Of a stretch of 64,000 bases of DNA, positions 1 through 13,400 are shown piece after piece. The notes below the pieces were generated by a model, which was given only the letters and a program-made list of their open reading frames with translations, ran no database searches and was not told where the DNA came from. This DNA comes from Antedon mediterranea (taxonomy: Eukaryota; Animalia; Echinodermata). Location of the stretch: the NCBI RefSeq assembly GCF_964355755.1, contig NC_092672.1, positions 36,958,437 through 37,022,436 of the forward strand, given 5' to 3'. The stretch's first letter is position 1. Every line of letters begins with the position of its first letter. Both the position numbers and the translations under genes were made by a program.

Positions 1-677
1 GTAGCTACTCAGCAGAAGTGTCAGTGCAGCACACCAACATATTATTTTCAGTAGATAGGCTAGGCCCTAGTATTAGTAAAATACTTAATTAATACTGTAC
101 TAATAGCAATTGATTTGACCAAATAATCAAACTAGCCTAGGGCCCTAGCCTATTATTATTAGACCTATCTAGGCCCTAGCATTGGCCTATGGGCCTATAA
201 GCATATCTAATCGAGCATGAGATAGTACTACCGCAGTAAGATACCCATTATTTACAGGCCTATAATAAGAATAAATTTAACAAAACAATATAAATTATAC
301 AAAATCAAGCAAACAATTTTTTTTTTAAAGTTACATAATAATATTATATTGCTTACAAAGGGGCTTTCTATATCTTATCTTGTTGCAAATGTTCATTTTC
401 GCGACGTTTCACGGTTTCTATCGATGCTGATTGTTTATTGCACGTCCATAAATAAGAGTATTAGATTTTGATATGAGTTGTAAACTCCCTGATTAGAACA
501 TTATTAGGCCTATATTGAAACTACTGTGCATTTGTAAAGTATGTACAACATCGTAAAGTGGGCTAAAATTATAGTAGTAAATACATACAAATGTTATTGT
601 CCGGCTTTATTTCACTATAAGGACATACACATTACGTCATAACTCTTGTCGCTCATTGGTTGCTTGTTACGATTGCG

Positions 678-730
678 CTTACGTCTCTTGCGAAAGTTGA
701 CTTCAAGTCAACTTTCGTAAGAGACGTAAG
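678..730. repeat. Near-perfect 26-bp-arm palindrome (probable centre of a foldback MITE)
   Basis: cttacgtctcttgcgaaagttgactt-c-aagtcaactttcgtaagagacgtaag; one G-T mismatch; direct repeat cggtttcctgtaaaatc nearby (~776 and ~830). Confidence 0.7.
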
Positions 731-2963
731 AAACGTGACGCAAGGGCGTTCATTCAAGCGTAAGATCAAAAATCCCGGTTTCCTGTAAAATCGGAAGAAA
801 ACGTCATAACGCAACAATTGTTAGGTCATCGGTTTCCTGTAAAATCAATTTTTTAGCACATAGATTTGCCCATGTGCACCATACCATTATTATTACCATG
901 TGAGAGGCATGAGAGAGGAGAGTGTATATACTCTTACGCACTAATGCATTATATGGTATACATGCAGGAGATTTGTGTTTCTCAAATCATCAAACAATTT
1001 AATAATTGGCCTTTTGCCTAATGCAATTATAGGCCTGCAGTAATTTTTTTCTGCTAATATATTTATTTTCATTAAATCAATTGGACATTGGACATGCAGT
1101 TTATTTATTATTAGGGTAGGCAATACAGTAAGAGGGGCACAATAGGGTCAAGTAGGGAAAATTACAGATTTGTTTACACACATACATAATTATTGATAAA
1201 ACTGATAAATTACAATGTGTAATTGAAGTAACCAATAGCATGCGAATCCACCGGAACTTATCAAACCATGACGTCAACAATCCAAAACTGCAAAATGTTT
1301 GTTGGACTAAGTGTTGATATCATATGCAATGTTTGCACGAAAACCAAAGCATTCTTGAACTAAGAAAATAACAGCTTTGATAAAACAGCGAAGGATATAC
1401 TTCTGCTAGTGTTTATTATTTTCATAAATCATAGTAAGTAAAAATCACTTTTTGGTACATTTTATTCTAGGGTGTAGTAGACCTAACGATTTAATTTCAT
1501 AATATTTGTGTAGGCCTATTTTGTTAAAGTATTGTTATATATAAATAGTTTTGAATCTCGGATAAGGGCGGCTTTATCTTATTCCTCATCTTTATCATTT
1601 CAAATTAATTAATTAATTAATTTTCAGTATATCACTGGACGGTTTTTAGAATTTGTTCTGTGTCTGCAAATGTTTATAATATACTTCATAACATAATATA
1701 TGAAATCATTTTATTTATTTATTTATTTAGCCTGTCACATACAGTACTGCCAAAAGTGAAGGTTCAATCTTTCTCTGTTTCTTTAGATTCGATGCAAAGA
1801 TTCCTTTTTGCTTTATTGAGGCCTTTTATTGTTATTTAACATAGATGTCACGCTTGATTGCATTTTATGATTTTGCAAGCTGTGTTTCTGCAAGTGAATC
1901 TTTCCCATTTAAATTTGGGGGAAAGAAAGACATAAATTAGTGTTAAGTCTGGCAGCATCACCATCTCCTCTTTTTGTTTAAAATCTTGGATCTACCATAG
2001 CTTCTGAAATTCCCAAGTTAAAAAATCACTATTACTTTTAGAAATGTTGTGATTTTAAAGTTGTTGCCACTTCAAATTTAATGGAACCACACAAACTAAA
2101 GAATACATTTTTATTAATTTCAATTATTTTTCATAACGTCTTAATTTTGACTATATTATACCTTTTTTTTGGGCAATTTCATGATTTTTAGTAATGAAGT
2201 AATGAATTATTTAAAAACATAGATAGGCATAGTAAGTACTGTACTCAGGTTATTTCCAAATCTACTGGTGGTATGGAAAAAATATGTAATTTTCCATTAA
2301 TTCGCCAAAATAAGCTACGTCTCACCATTCCCAGGTTACCTGTGTGAATTTTAGGGGAAGACCATTTTCTAACCAATTGTAAACAATTACCTTTTTCAGA
2401 ACCACCTTCTATTGTCTGGCCGATTGACGTCACTCTGTACACACCAATGCATTCAGGCGAACATAACAGAACAAACACATCAAAAGTTAAACTCTGATGG
2501 TAAGGGTAATACCACACTGCTGTGAAAAGCATACTGCTGGCCAGTAATGCAGCACTGCTGTTGTAGCAAAAAACTGGTAGAACATAAGAAGTGAGGCTGG
2601 TCCTCAACATGATCACTACAGTATTATAATCAAAGAATCGCTTGCATCAAGTGGATAGATATTAGTGCTACAGTAGTTTTGAAATCAAGATTGAACTATT
2701 GCATACTGAGAGCTAACTCAACTTTGACGCTAGCCAACCACAACTTACACCAATTGGAAAGATATACGGTAGTGCTTTGTAAATCAAGATTGAACTGAGA
2801 GCAGAGTGAGCCCTAAACACACCCACCACTTGCATTAATATTCTCCTTCATGATGTGATCAAATCATGATGTGCATTTGATCCTGAAAAAAAAAATAGGA
2901 ATAGACAAAGGATTTTATTAACTGTGCTAAATTCACTGCTGGTTTACATAAAGCTTTAACATT

Positions 2964-4772
2964 ATGGAGCATTATACAGGTGAAAAAACAATGCATGAGT
3001 CAAATGATTCAGAGGATTTATCCTGTATGGAAGAACGGGTAAAAATGGCTGTTCTTGTTGCTATTGTAATTATGGTCACCATCATACTCTTCCTGATCAT
3101 GCTCTTAATAGTAAGACTCTTATGCCACAGAAGGTTGTCCATACGATGCGTTAGAACCAGACAGACAGAGGACGTAGAAGAGGTCAACACTTTCAGGTCA
3201 AGGTGTGTTAATACGATCAGCAACGGCCATTTTAATCAACGTCATATTCTGACATCCGAAATGGTTCCTTACAGTAGTCCAGTTGTGGATAATCCTGCGT
3301 ATATAGAGGACGCTGCAGAATGTGGTCACATGGTCGATGACAATGTTTCGCTCTCACTGCCATTAACTCGCTCTGATTTTGAACTTCACGAGTTTGACAA
3401 AGACATGGTCATCAGTAAGACAATTACGATAGATTCTAAGTTAGTTGTGTACATCTGTCGTATGATTGGGTCTCAAGGAGGCGTATTGGAGCTTGCCAAT
3501 ATGGGAATATCACTTTTTATTCCTCCAGGTGCCATTCCAAATGGAAGAAAAGAAAAGATTTTTTTGATACTCGATTGGGATTTGTCAGATTTTCCAGAAA
3601 TGACGGACTTACAGACGATCATCAGTCCGGTTGTTCATTGCGGTCCTCACGGCCTTGTACTCAACAAACCAGCGGTGTTGAAGTATAAACACTGTGCATA
3701 CGACAGAAACGATATCGAGGTATTTTCGAGCGAAACAAACTTAATGCATAACAAGGAGTGGATGAAAGTGCCTGAGCAAGACAACGATAAACAGTATGTT
3801 TTGACTTCAACCGAATGTCAGATACAAATAACGCATTTCACACTTTACACTAGCATAGCGCAGGGTAGCAACACTAGAAAATGGTTGCAGATTGTCGCCT
3901 TTGCCGGACCTCTTAGAATCGGATGTCACTTCCAGGTACGGTTGTACTTCCTTAACAATACGCCGTGCGCCCTGCAGTTTGCCAAACAAAATGAAGAGAA
4001 GCAAAACTTTCATCAAATTTGTCCGGAGAAAGTATTTTTGTTCAATGGAAATCAGGAGGATATGCTGGTTCACTTGAACCACAAGAGTGAGGGGTGGTCA
4101 TGCAGCAATGAACTTACTGAACGTGTTCCTTATCTCAGCATTTGGCATGGAAAATGCCCTCATTTATCATTCATCTTTAAGCATGAAAACGTGAACGTCC
4201 CAGATATAAGTCTTTGCTTGAAAACGTATCAGAAAGGATGCGAAGATGAGTTTATAAACTTTAAAATTCTGCTTTCACTTCCGCAAAACGCTAGTAGCGA
4301 TACCTCACTAGCACCGAAACCATTGATGCATTTGCCTGAAAATGAACGCAGAGACAGCAACGGTTATCATTCGCAAGGAAACAGCCCTAAGATTCACAGA
4401 CAGACTCCTGAATCGACAACAAAAATTTACATTAACTACAGTTCCATGGACAATATAAACGTGTGTACAAGTCCATGCACATTTGAAGTGATACCTTACC
4501 AGTTGCAGATTGACCTCGTTAAACTGCTTGACCCGCCGTGCCTTTTCGGTAAGGATTGGCGTATCATTGCAAGCGCATTGGATATGGATGCAACCATCCC
4601 ACTATTGATGAACCAAAAGAGTCCGACAACGATTCTGTTGCAGACTTTGATGCAACAGGATCGTTCGATGGATTGGTTAGCAGAAGTTTTGCTGAAGAAT
4701 GACCGTTTAGATGCAGCCAATGTCATTATGAAGGTGTGCAAAGCACAACAAGAAATAGATGATGACAAATAG
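2964..4772 (+). CDS. UNC5CL: UNC5C-like protein (N-terminal TM anchor, ZU5, UPA, death domain), single coding exon
   Basis: 602-aa ORF; hydrophobic TM aa ~29-54; ZU5 motifs GSQGGVLELANMGISLFIPPGAIP, ISPVVHCGPHGLVLNKPAVLKYKHCA, THFTLY; C-terminal death domain LDPPCLFGKDWRIIASAL...SPTTILL. No Ig/TSP ectodomain. Orthology inferred from architecture only. Confidence 0.8.
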   Translation: MEHYTGEKTMHESNDSEDLSCMEERVKMAVLVAIVIMVTIILFLIMLLIVRLLCHRRLSIRCVRTRQTEDVEEVNTFRSRCVNTISNGHFNQRHILTSEMVPYSSPVVDNPAYIEDAAECGHMVDDNVSLSLPLTRSDFELHEFDKDMVISKTITIDSKLVVYICRMIGSQGGVLELANMGISLFIPPGAIPNGRKEKIFLILDWDLSDFPEMTDLQTIISPVVHCGPHGLVLNKPAVLKYKHCAYDRNDIEVFSSETNLMHNKEWMKVPEQDNDKQYVLTSTECQIQITHFTLYTSIAQGSNTRKWLQIVAFAGPLRIGCHFQVRLYFLNNTPCALQFAKQNEEKQNFHQICPEKVFLFNGNQEDMLVHLNHKSEGWSCSNELTERVPYLSIWHGKCPHLSFIFKHENVNVPDISLCLKTYQKGCEDEFINFKILLSLPQNASSDTSLAPKPLMHLPENERRDSNGYHSQGNSPKIHRQTPESTTKIYINYSSMDNINVCTSPCTFEVIPYQLQIDLVKLLDPPCLFGKDWRIIASALDMDATIPLLMNQKSPTTILLQTLMQQDRSMDWLAEVLLKNDRLDAANVIMKVCKAQQEIDDDK

Positions 4773-6711
4773 GCCTAGCAAGCGGGAATTTATCAGGTTG
4801 TTTGGTTAAACCCTCTTTCCCCTTTTCAAAATATAGGGAGTGTTAAAAAATATGCCATGGAACTTGACTATTTTTTGGCCAGTTCATCCTAGCAAGCATG
4901 CAAATTTCATCTAAAAACAATTTTTATAAAATTTGCTTACATACACATTTTTTCTTCTTTTGCTCAATAAAATCATGTTAAAAAAATTGCCATTTCCTAA
5001 TTGTTGTTGTTACCATACGGATATGTAATGTAACATCCGAATAAAAAGAAATTTAATTAATCCAGCAGCTGTATTATAATGATAATTAATTGAGCAAATA
5101 TTTACATACTTGCTAATGGTTCCGGATGCCAGTCAGTTTTTAAAATTAAATAATGCGATTTCGATAGTTTTTGTGTGAGAAATACATCACACTTAAAAGT
5201 TAAAAGTATCTATTCAGTGGCTTAATGGAGGTGGGGGGGGGGGGGGGGGTTGGTTATGCAACTGTATTGTTTTTTCAAGAGTAGTTGCTTTGTATTAAGA
5301 TAATAGTACAGTAGTGTAAATCATAATATTTATGTTTGGCCCCATGACATCATTTACAGTAGTGTCAAGAATTCTATTTTATGCAAGTATATGTGTATCT
5401 ATTGTGTATTTATTAAACATGGTTGCGATTCATTTTGCAGTTGTAAACTACAATCCATATTTTTAGTTATGAACAATTCAGCATTTTTTGTTTCAATATG
5501 TATATTGGGCTAACAGGGCAATTTATGTTGCTTAAAACTAATCAACGCATGCACATATCATGTACTGTATGTTAGAAAAGACAGCAACAAACCTACACAA
5601 CTGCCCTTTTATACATTAATACTAGAATTACCTGCTGTACATAAGGAATGTGATAAACCAGGAATATTGTTATTATTAGGAACAGTTGAATACAGTAGAA
5701 CTTGCATTAGGGATATATTCGGTACCAACAATGCATCCCTTTAATAATTTATTTGTAACAAATTAAACTTAGAATTTCCTGTAGGCTATTAAATGTGCCT
5801 GGATAAAAACAAAGAAGTTTAAAGTTCAACTAAACGAAAAAAAGTGAAAGTAATTACCGTGTATAAGTTAAATTAACACGGGTGACCTGTTTATTGAAAG
5901 ATGGTTTCTCTGATTTAATAATATAAAGAGTTAAATTGAAAATCTTTTCTAAATAGATGTAAATTAAGATATAAAACACTCAGGAGCTGCACACTACCTA
6001 CGTACCTAAATCAATGTACTCAGAATCAAATTAATGTATTACATATTAAAATTTAATATATAAATGGTTGCAAGCATGACACTGCTGGCGGGTCTGCTTA
6101 CAAAGAAATAAACATGTATATAGATCAACAAATCAAGTATGCATATTTCCTGAGTTAATGTAAATAAAGAGAGTTTAAATTTGTATTTATCATCATCCAA
6201 TCTAAGTTGGCAGTCTTGTTCACTAATTAATACCATCCCATTGCGCAAGTTCCCTTTTGGAATAACGCAATAAGCTTTTTTTTAAATATTTTAAGTTTTA
6301 CCAAGGAAACAATGATTATTCTTGAAAGGACGGAAATTCTTTGTAAATACAATATGAAGAAAACAAAGGTTTTTCACTCACAAGCAACATATAGTAGAGT
6401 ATCAAGGAGAGATTATATTAATTCAGCATTATGTAACACCAACTTGAGATATCATGGTATTGTTATCTATTTCTTATTACAACTTTTACATATTTAACCA
6501 TGTGGATTATAGAATCTATATTATTCCTAATATGGAATTGCAACATACTCTAAATTAAAGAAAGTTTAAACATGTTTTGTTTTTTCTTCTTCATATTTTG
6601 TCTAAAAATGTTTGTGATAACAGTAACACAACCCATTATGATTGAGGAACAGGTTCGAATTTTGTTATGAAATGTCATTATAGGCATTTGGATACCAAAC
6701 AGTTATTGTAG

Positions 6712-6905
6712 TGGAGCTGTAGCTTGGTAGTATGGATAACATGCTTGCTTTCCAATCCCAATGTATAGGGTTCAATCTTGACCTAGCGTCAGGGTTTGAA
6801 CACTACCCAAGCCTTAAATGCGACTTTAAATTATAAGCATGATATGATATATTATCAAATAGTTTATCCATCCTATGATTGGTGAGTTACTCACGGTTGG
6901 ATATG
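6712..6905 (+). mobile_element. tRNA-derived SINE (degenerate)
   Basis: A-box-like TAGCTTGGTAG and B-box-like GGTTCAATC; 3' part (ataagcat...gagttactcacggttggat) recurs at 24398-24480, 30955-30990 (-) and 31360-31436 (-). Confidence 0.5.
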
Positions 6906-9900
6906 ATACGTATGAAGAAAAAAATGATAATACGCATGCTACACAATACAACCACCATCCCCTGGCCTCCCTGTTTTCAACCCGGAGCTCTGTCTTCACT
7001 ATCAAACTTAATGTGACAAAAAAATGTGATGTGTCCATATATGAACATGATGTCATCATATCACTACCGTTTTTAGGCATATCACTACCATATTAAGGCA
7101 TATCACTACCATATTTGGCCACAAACTTAAAGCTTAATGCAACAATGCAGTTTATTGCCTGGAGTGGCAATAACTTTAACTTTTTAAATTGTTTTAGAAA
7201 AATGTTATAGAATGATAGTGATAATGCTGCTGTTTTACATTGTCTAACAAGAACTTCATGTAAACATTGCTGTACAAACACACACATTTGAAACAATTAA
7301 AAAACATACAAATTTTAAATGATACAATGTCATGTTTATTCTTCTCTTTAAAAAGATGGCTCGCATACTACTAACAAGGTACAAACCACTACTAAGTACG
7401 AATCTTTTCTTCTCTTAAAACTTACAATTTACCTCTGTTATAATGACATTTGTTAATGCGTTTGGCATTTACTATCTACCATAGACCATTATCACAACCT
7501 GTGTCGATATGTCTTTTGAGGTATTCAAATATACAAGAAAATTAATATTTTTATACTACAGAGAACAGAGCATCTCTAATGTTAAACAAATTACAAACAA
7601 AAACAGTATACATTTCAGCTGAATTATCTATCTATCTTCAATATCACTCTTAATTTTAAAAAAATTACTAGCAGAATAAATAGAAATAATTAAAATAGAA
7701 TTGTTTAATAAACAAGTAATGATTTTTATCTTATTTTCTAGATGTGTTAAAATATGGAAAAACTGTTGTATATGGTATAATGATTATATTACAGTATCTA
7801 ACCCAAAGATGCTAAAAAAAATCCCCTTTTTTACTACTTGCCACAATTAAATGTAGCAGATCTACATAAAAAATAATTTGAAAAATGTTGAATGCGAAGG
7901 CTTTTTTTTTACACATTCAGAAATCTATATAAAGTGCTATAATATAAAATACTATACAAACAAAAAATCAAAATATATAAAGATATGGGAGGATATTTGA
8001 TTAGAAAATATTAAATATAATTTATTCTTGATACACATTACAATTGATATTGCAGTTAACAATTGATGATTAATTTATGCAAAGTCTTTTTGCGACTAAA
8101 GGTTAAATAACATTCCTGATTAGGACAAGTTATTTTTCTTGTTTACTATACAATTTGTGTACATGGGAATGATTGTCTATTTAAATAATATTATAGTTTA
8201 AAAAAGAGGACTAATAATTAAAAGATATAACATACAAAGTCTGCACTGACAAAGGTCAGTGACCCTTTTTGAATGTTGGAGATGGAGAAGGCCATTCGAG
8301 ACAATATAAACATTTTAATGGGTTTGCCATCAAAAAGTGAGAGGGACCATAACACGTAATCTACTGTACGAATATTTTAACAAAATTTACCAGAATCTGC
8401 GCCAGTGGGACTAACAGGCAACAAGATATAATATCTCTATGGTCCAGGATAACAGATTTAGTGTATAGCATTAAGGTCTACACAACTCATGTTTTAAAAT
8501 GCATTCTAAATTTACTTATTTTATGGGAGATGGGGGAAATCTTGTATTGGGATTTGAAATTTGGGATTTTCCAGGTGTATTATATATATATATATATATG
8601 GTAATAAAAATGTTGCATTTAATGAGGCATGATAAAAGTGCAGTCAAATTTAAGAAATTAAAAAGCCGAGGAAGGTGATTTATTCGGTTGATTAACCATC
8701 CGGATTTAACAAGTTTTTTCAAAGAAAGTTAGTGAATGTGAATGACTTTGTCCCTTCTGTCCTCGTTCTGTCACGTGTTTTTGTCCTGTGTCTTCTTGTG
8801 TTTGTGTATGTAGCTTAAATTGTTTATTATTTTTTCTTTATTCTTGTTATTTATTTATTCATATTTTATTTTCATTTATTTATTTATTGACTACTTTTGA
8901 AACATTTATTATATATACTTTTTGAATTATATATATATTTTTTTCTGGTGGAACTAGCCTTAAAGCCCTCCGGGCTTATTTATGTTTCTCCAGGATAAGT
9001 GCATTCTAATTATAAAAAAAACAAAAAACACTGTAATATTATTCCACAATGATGTATCTTATGAAAATAAATTGAATTGAATTGAATTAAAAACTGGGTT
9101 AGTGTTGATGGATTTAACATACATTACATAATACATAGACAATAAAATAAATAGAAGTTAGAAGGAAAAACACTGAACTAGTCATTAACTGACGCCACAA
9201 ACATGTACTTTCTGAAGGCCAGTACAGTACAGTAGGATTATTATGATGTATTTATTTTTGGAAGGAGGAAAGGGGAGGATGGGATGGTACAGTAATTTAA
9301 AAATATTCCAGAAAGATTCAGATTAGCGGACGATGCTTACATAATGCTGGATCTGCATGGCTGCTAATTAAATTTCAAAATATATATACACAATTAAACA
9401 AATTTAGATTGATAATCCGCCCTCTCTTAATTAAAGTTATTTCAAACGATAAAAACATATATTTTCTTCCAATATAAAGTTGAAAAATTCCAATATATAG
9501 TTAAATATTGCGGGCAGTAATTTAACTAAGCAAATTATATTATAGAATATCTCCTCAACCTTTTCGGTTTTAAGCAACTAAGCAAATATTGTATACATGT
9601 TAAAAATCTTAACAGCACGATTGAAACACAGTAGGAAAGCGTATACTATTTCCAAGTATAGAGTTTGATATGTTTTTATTTTTCACATGATAGTTACTTT
9701 ATCAAAACCATCACTACCGGGTAATGGTTTCTTGATATATATTAATTTAAAACCAATCATAAACATTTGAGAAAACAATGTTTGAGGACATACCGTTATA
9801 CTGATTATTTTTTTCTCTACCTTTTCATATTAAAAAATCATTTCACTTTTACATAATCAAATATTTTGGGGAAAGGTACGTTTGTACTCCTTTAAACACT

Positions 9901-10479
9901 ACTACAATCTTTGCTATATTTTTTAGCTGCGGACATAAAATGCTTTCAAGTCTTGGCGATACGCGAAGACTTGAAAAGGATTAATACAACTTCTGTAAAC
10001 TCAAAAGCATGGAAACATTTAGCATAGCATTCTTCATAGTTGTAAATGATAACTTGATCAACTTTTGTGACAGCCAGTTCACAAAGGCAAACGCTTTAAA
10101 ATCAACATAATAGTTTCTTTGCCTTGCTTTTAAAAGAACATTGGGTGCCTGTTTATAGCCAGCTCCATACACAAGGTTCTCATGTATTGGAGGATACAAA
10201 CAGTATTTGGTTATGAGTACTGAAGAGACATTATTTAAAGATTTTGACAAGCTTAATTTAAAACCTTAATTTAGATGGGTGTTTATAGATATTGGCTTCT
10301 CTTAAAATCTTTATTTAAGATTAATTTAGATCCCAATTGTCAAATAACAACCCCTCATGTAGCAAGGATCAAGGCAAGATTATAAAGATTTAAAGATAAT
10401 CTCTGTAAGGAGATTATTATTAAGATTTAAGGATAATCCCTGAAAGGTGATTATTTGGTTTTCATAAATACCGGTCAAA

Positions 10480-13400
10480 TTAGCTAGTTGGCGCCATCTC
10501 GTACCACGATACTAAACCACGCTCTACAAGCACCTGATTGATCATTTTCCTCTGAGGAAAAAGGAAAAAAAATAATTAAATTACTTTTATTTTGTATTCA
10601 ATCACATCCTAGGGTCAGGATCCCTTAAAATAATTTCAACATTCAATAAAATATTAAAATACTATAAAATGTAATAGAAATAGAAAATAATACAGATTAT
10701 ATTGTTTAAAAATCACTATTGTTTACAATTAAAGTTGGCAATTCTTTAATTCTATAATACCAGGTGTCGTATTCTAAATTACCCATAAGGTTTATCACAA
10801 ATAGTTGAATATTGAAACCTACCTGGTTTTGATCAGAGAAATAAAGCTCTAACATGGGTAAGCCATCTTCTGAGTAGGCTACAATTTCTGCTTCTATATA
10901 AGAGTAGCTTTGAGCCAACTCATCCAAGAAGCTTGCAGCAGTATCGGAGAAATTATCTTCTCCTAAAAAAAAACAACCAGAAAAACACTTTATTTAATTA
11001 TTTTTTATACTAAGAACAAAATATTGAACATTAAAGCTTGGTTGCAACGCAAGGACATGGACGCAATGCAAGTGAGTTGACCAATCACATGCGGCTGTTC
11101 GAATAATCGATCGCTTGTGATTGGAACCAAGCTTAAACAGCAACTGCACCACTTTAATCTGGATAAAAAATATCTTAAGAAAGCTATTAAATATCATTGA
11201 AAAATTATATTTATATTATATTAATGTTGCCATCTCAAAATGTTATATTTTATTTATCATGAATTTTAACTTTATGAAAATTTGATTTTTCATATATTGT
11301 ATATTTTATTTATTTATTTTCTGTTGACTCCTCAAGTCAGCAGCTGTTTTAAATGTATTTTATACAAATGAAAATTACATTAAAAAGAATAAGTTAGAGG
11401 TACCTTCTAAAGGAGCTATATGAGCCAAGTAGCATTCCAAAGCCTGAAATGGTAAGCTCATAAAGTCACTACGGATTTGACGAAGACATGCTTGATCAAG
11501 ACGAGCGTAACCACCGTAATCCACCAACTTTACATCAATCTCGTCGGTGTCGGTGTGTATATCAACGATCTGTGCGCGACACCAACTGTCATTGATAGGG
11601 GCTGCGCAAATCATACCAACTGAAATAAAAAGTTACTTTATTTATGAACAGTTCAATTTAACATATTGATTTCCGGTTGGCTATTTTATTTTTGGGTTTA
11701 TCATGTAAATTTTTTTAGTTTCAATCCACTTTTTGTTCATTATTAGTTGATAAAATGGACTTTAAAAAGAAAAGGAATGGAATTGCATTGTCAAACATCA
11801 ACACAATGAATTTGATATCTGCAGGTTAATGTCTATTTTAAATTAACATTTGTGCAATAAATTTGTACAAATTGTTTAATAGTTCTAAAGGTCTACGACA
11901 TCAATAAATTACTTCTTCTTGAAATAATAATCAAGGACTGTCTTCAAGTTGTGAAAAAAGCAGAGTACTTGACCGGACAAACATCAACATTTAGAATTAA
12001 TATTTACCATCAACTGGTTCCGGAAGAGGCGGCGTGTTGTGCAGCTGGGCGTAGCACGAGGACATACAAGACTGTAAACGAGGCAAGGCTCGGAATGATG
12101 GGTGCAGAGGTTGCTGTACAAACACATGACATGCGCTGATCACGTTTGAAATCAATACATCGTTGACAATCTCATCACACAATTGTAGCTGCAATATGGA
12201 ATAAATCGTTAAATCACAAGTCGGAGAAAAGAACCTAAACCACGGCTAGGCAGTTAAAAGAGTGCTTAACAGCTCCACCCACCTTTGATAATATGGAAAG
12301 TTTATGTTATCTTTGGAAGAACATTCTGCATTCTTGTGAAAGAAGATGAGTTACCTAATTCATCACTAGAAGGACCAGGCAATAATTAGCATAGTAACAC
12401 AACCTACTAAACCACATTATTGCTACACATTTCTAAAATTGTGTACCAAAAAATACAATACAAAACTATGTTTCTCAACAAAAAAATCAGATCGATGAGC
12501 AATGTTGCTAAACAAAATGTTTAAATGATATTTTTCTATGGACCCCACTAAATTAATGATACTTACAACTGGAACTACTGCGTCCTGTTGAGAAGGGGTA
12601 GAAGACTCGACAACACGATGCACGTCAACATCAGGAAAACGAATTTTAATTTCTTGGATGGCTGCATCAACCTCGCTCGGTAGACCTACAAGGAATTTCA
12701 GTAAAGAAACACTTATCATTTACTGATAAAAATTGTTTCAATATATTGGATGTTGTAATATAAAGATGAGTAAATGTATGAATTGTGTGTTGAAATAAGT
12801 AACAGTTTGGATGACCAAGCATATGCAGGGCAAAACAAATACAAAACACTTGAATAAGAAGGGAAATTCAGGGGGAAAACCTGTGTCTTCATGCGATACA
12901 GGGAAATGGCACTTTCTGTCCATGATTGATAAGGCTAATATGGACCAGTATTCCTTACGCTTGCCATACACTGGGTTTCTTAAATGTACATGAGCCAGAT
13001 GTGTACACTGGACCTCAACTCAAGTCCTTATCCAAGAACAATAGCTCTGCTACCAGGATTATGTTTGAGGAGAGCTTTGAAACCATGCTGTGTGAGGCTT
13101 TGGTTGGCTGTGCCCTACTCGATCATTTTATTTGTTGGCTATCTAACTATAATCACAAACCTTTGATAACACAATTCTGATAGTCTCTATTATATTGTAT
13201 CTTTTCTAAAACGATGTTTGCTCCAGATTTCTCTTTTAAATTCTTAATGCTTCTTCCCTAAAAGACAAAAATAATAAAATACTGCATGGTCTTTTTTACA
13301 GTTTATATAATTACATTGAATAAATTCATCTGGTTCCAAATAATATTTTTGTGGATTTTTACTTTTATGTTAAACCAAGACAACGAAAAGGAATAAAATT

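Noticed and set aside
2245-2616. 123-aa minus-strand ORF upstream of UNC5C-like
   Set aside because: No recognisable domain or exon partners; probably chance.
5228-5252. Poly-G run as a G-quadruplex
   Set aside because: Simple homopolymer with no further support.
8940-9090. Possible LINE 3' tail ending in (attga)n; similar at 35030-35140
   Set aside because: No coding remnant or TSD visible; too weak to annotate.
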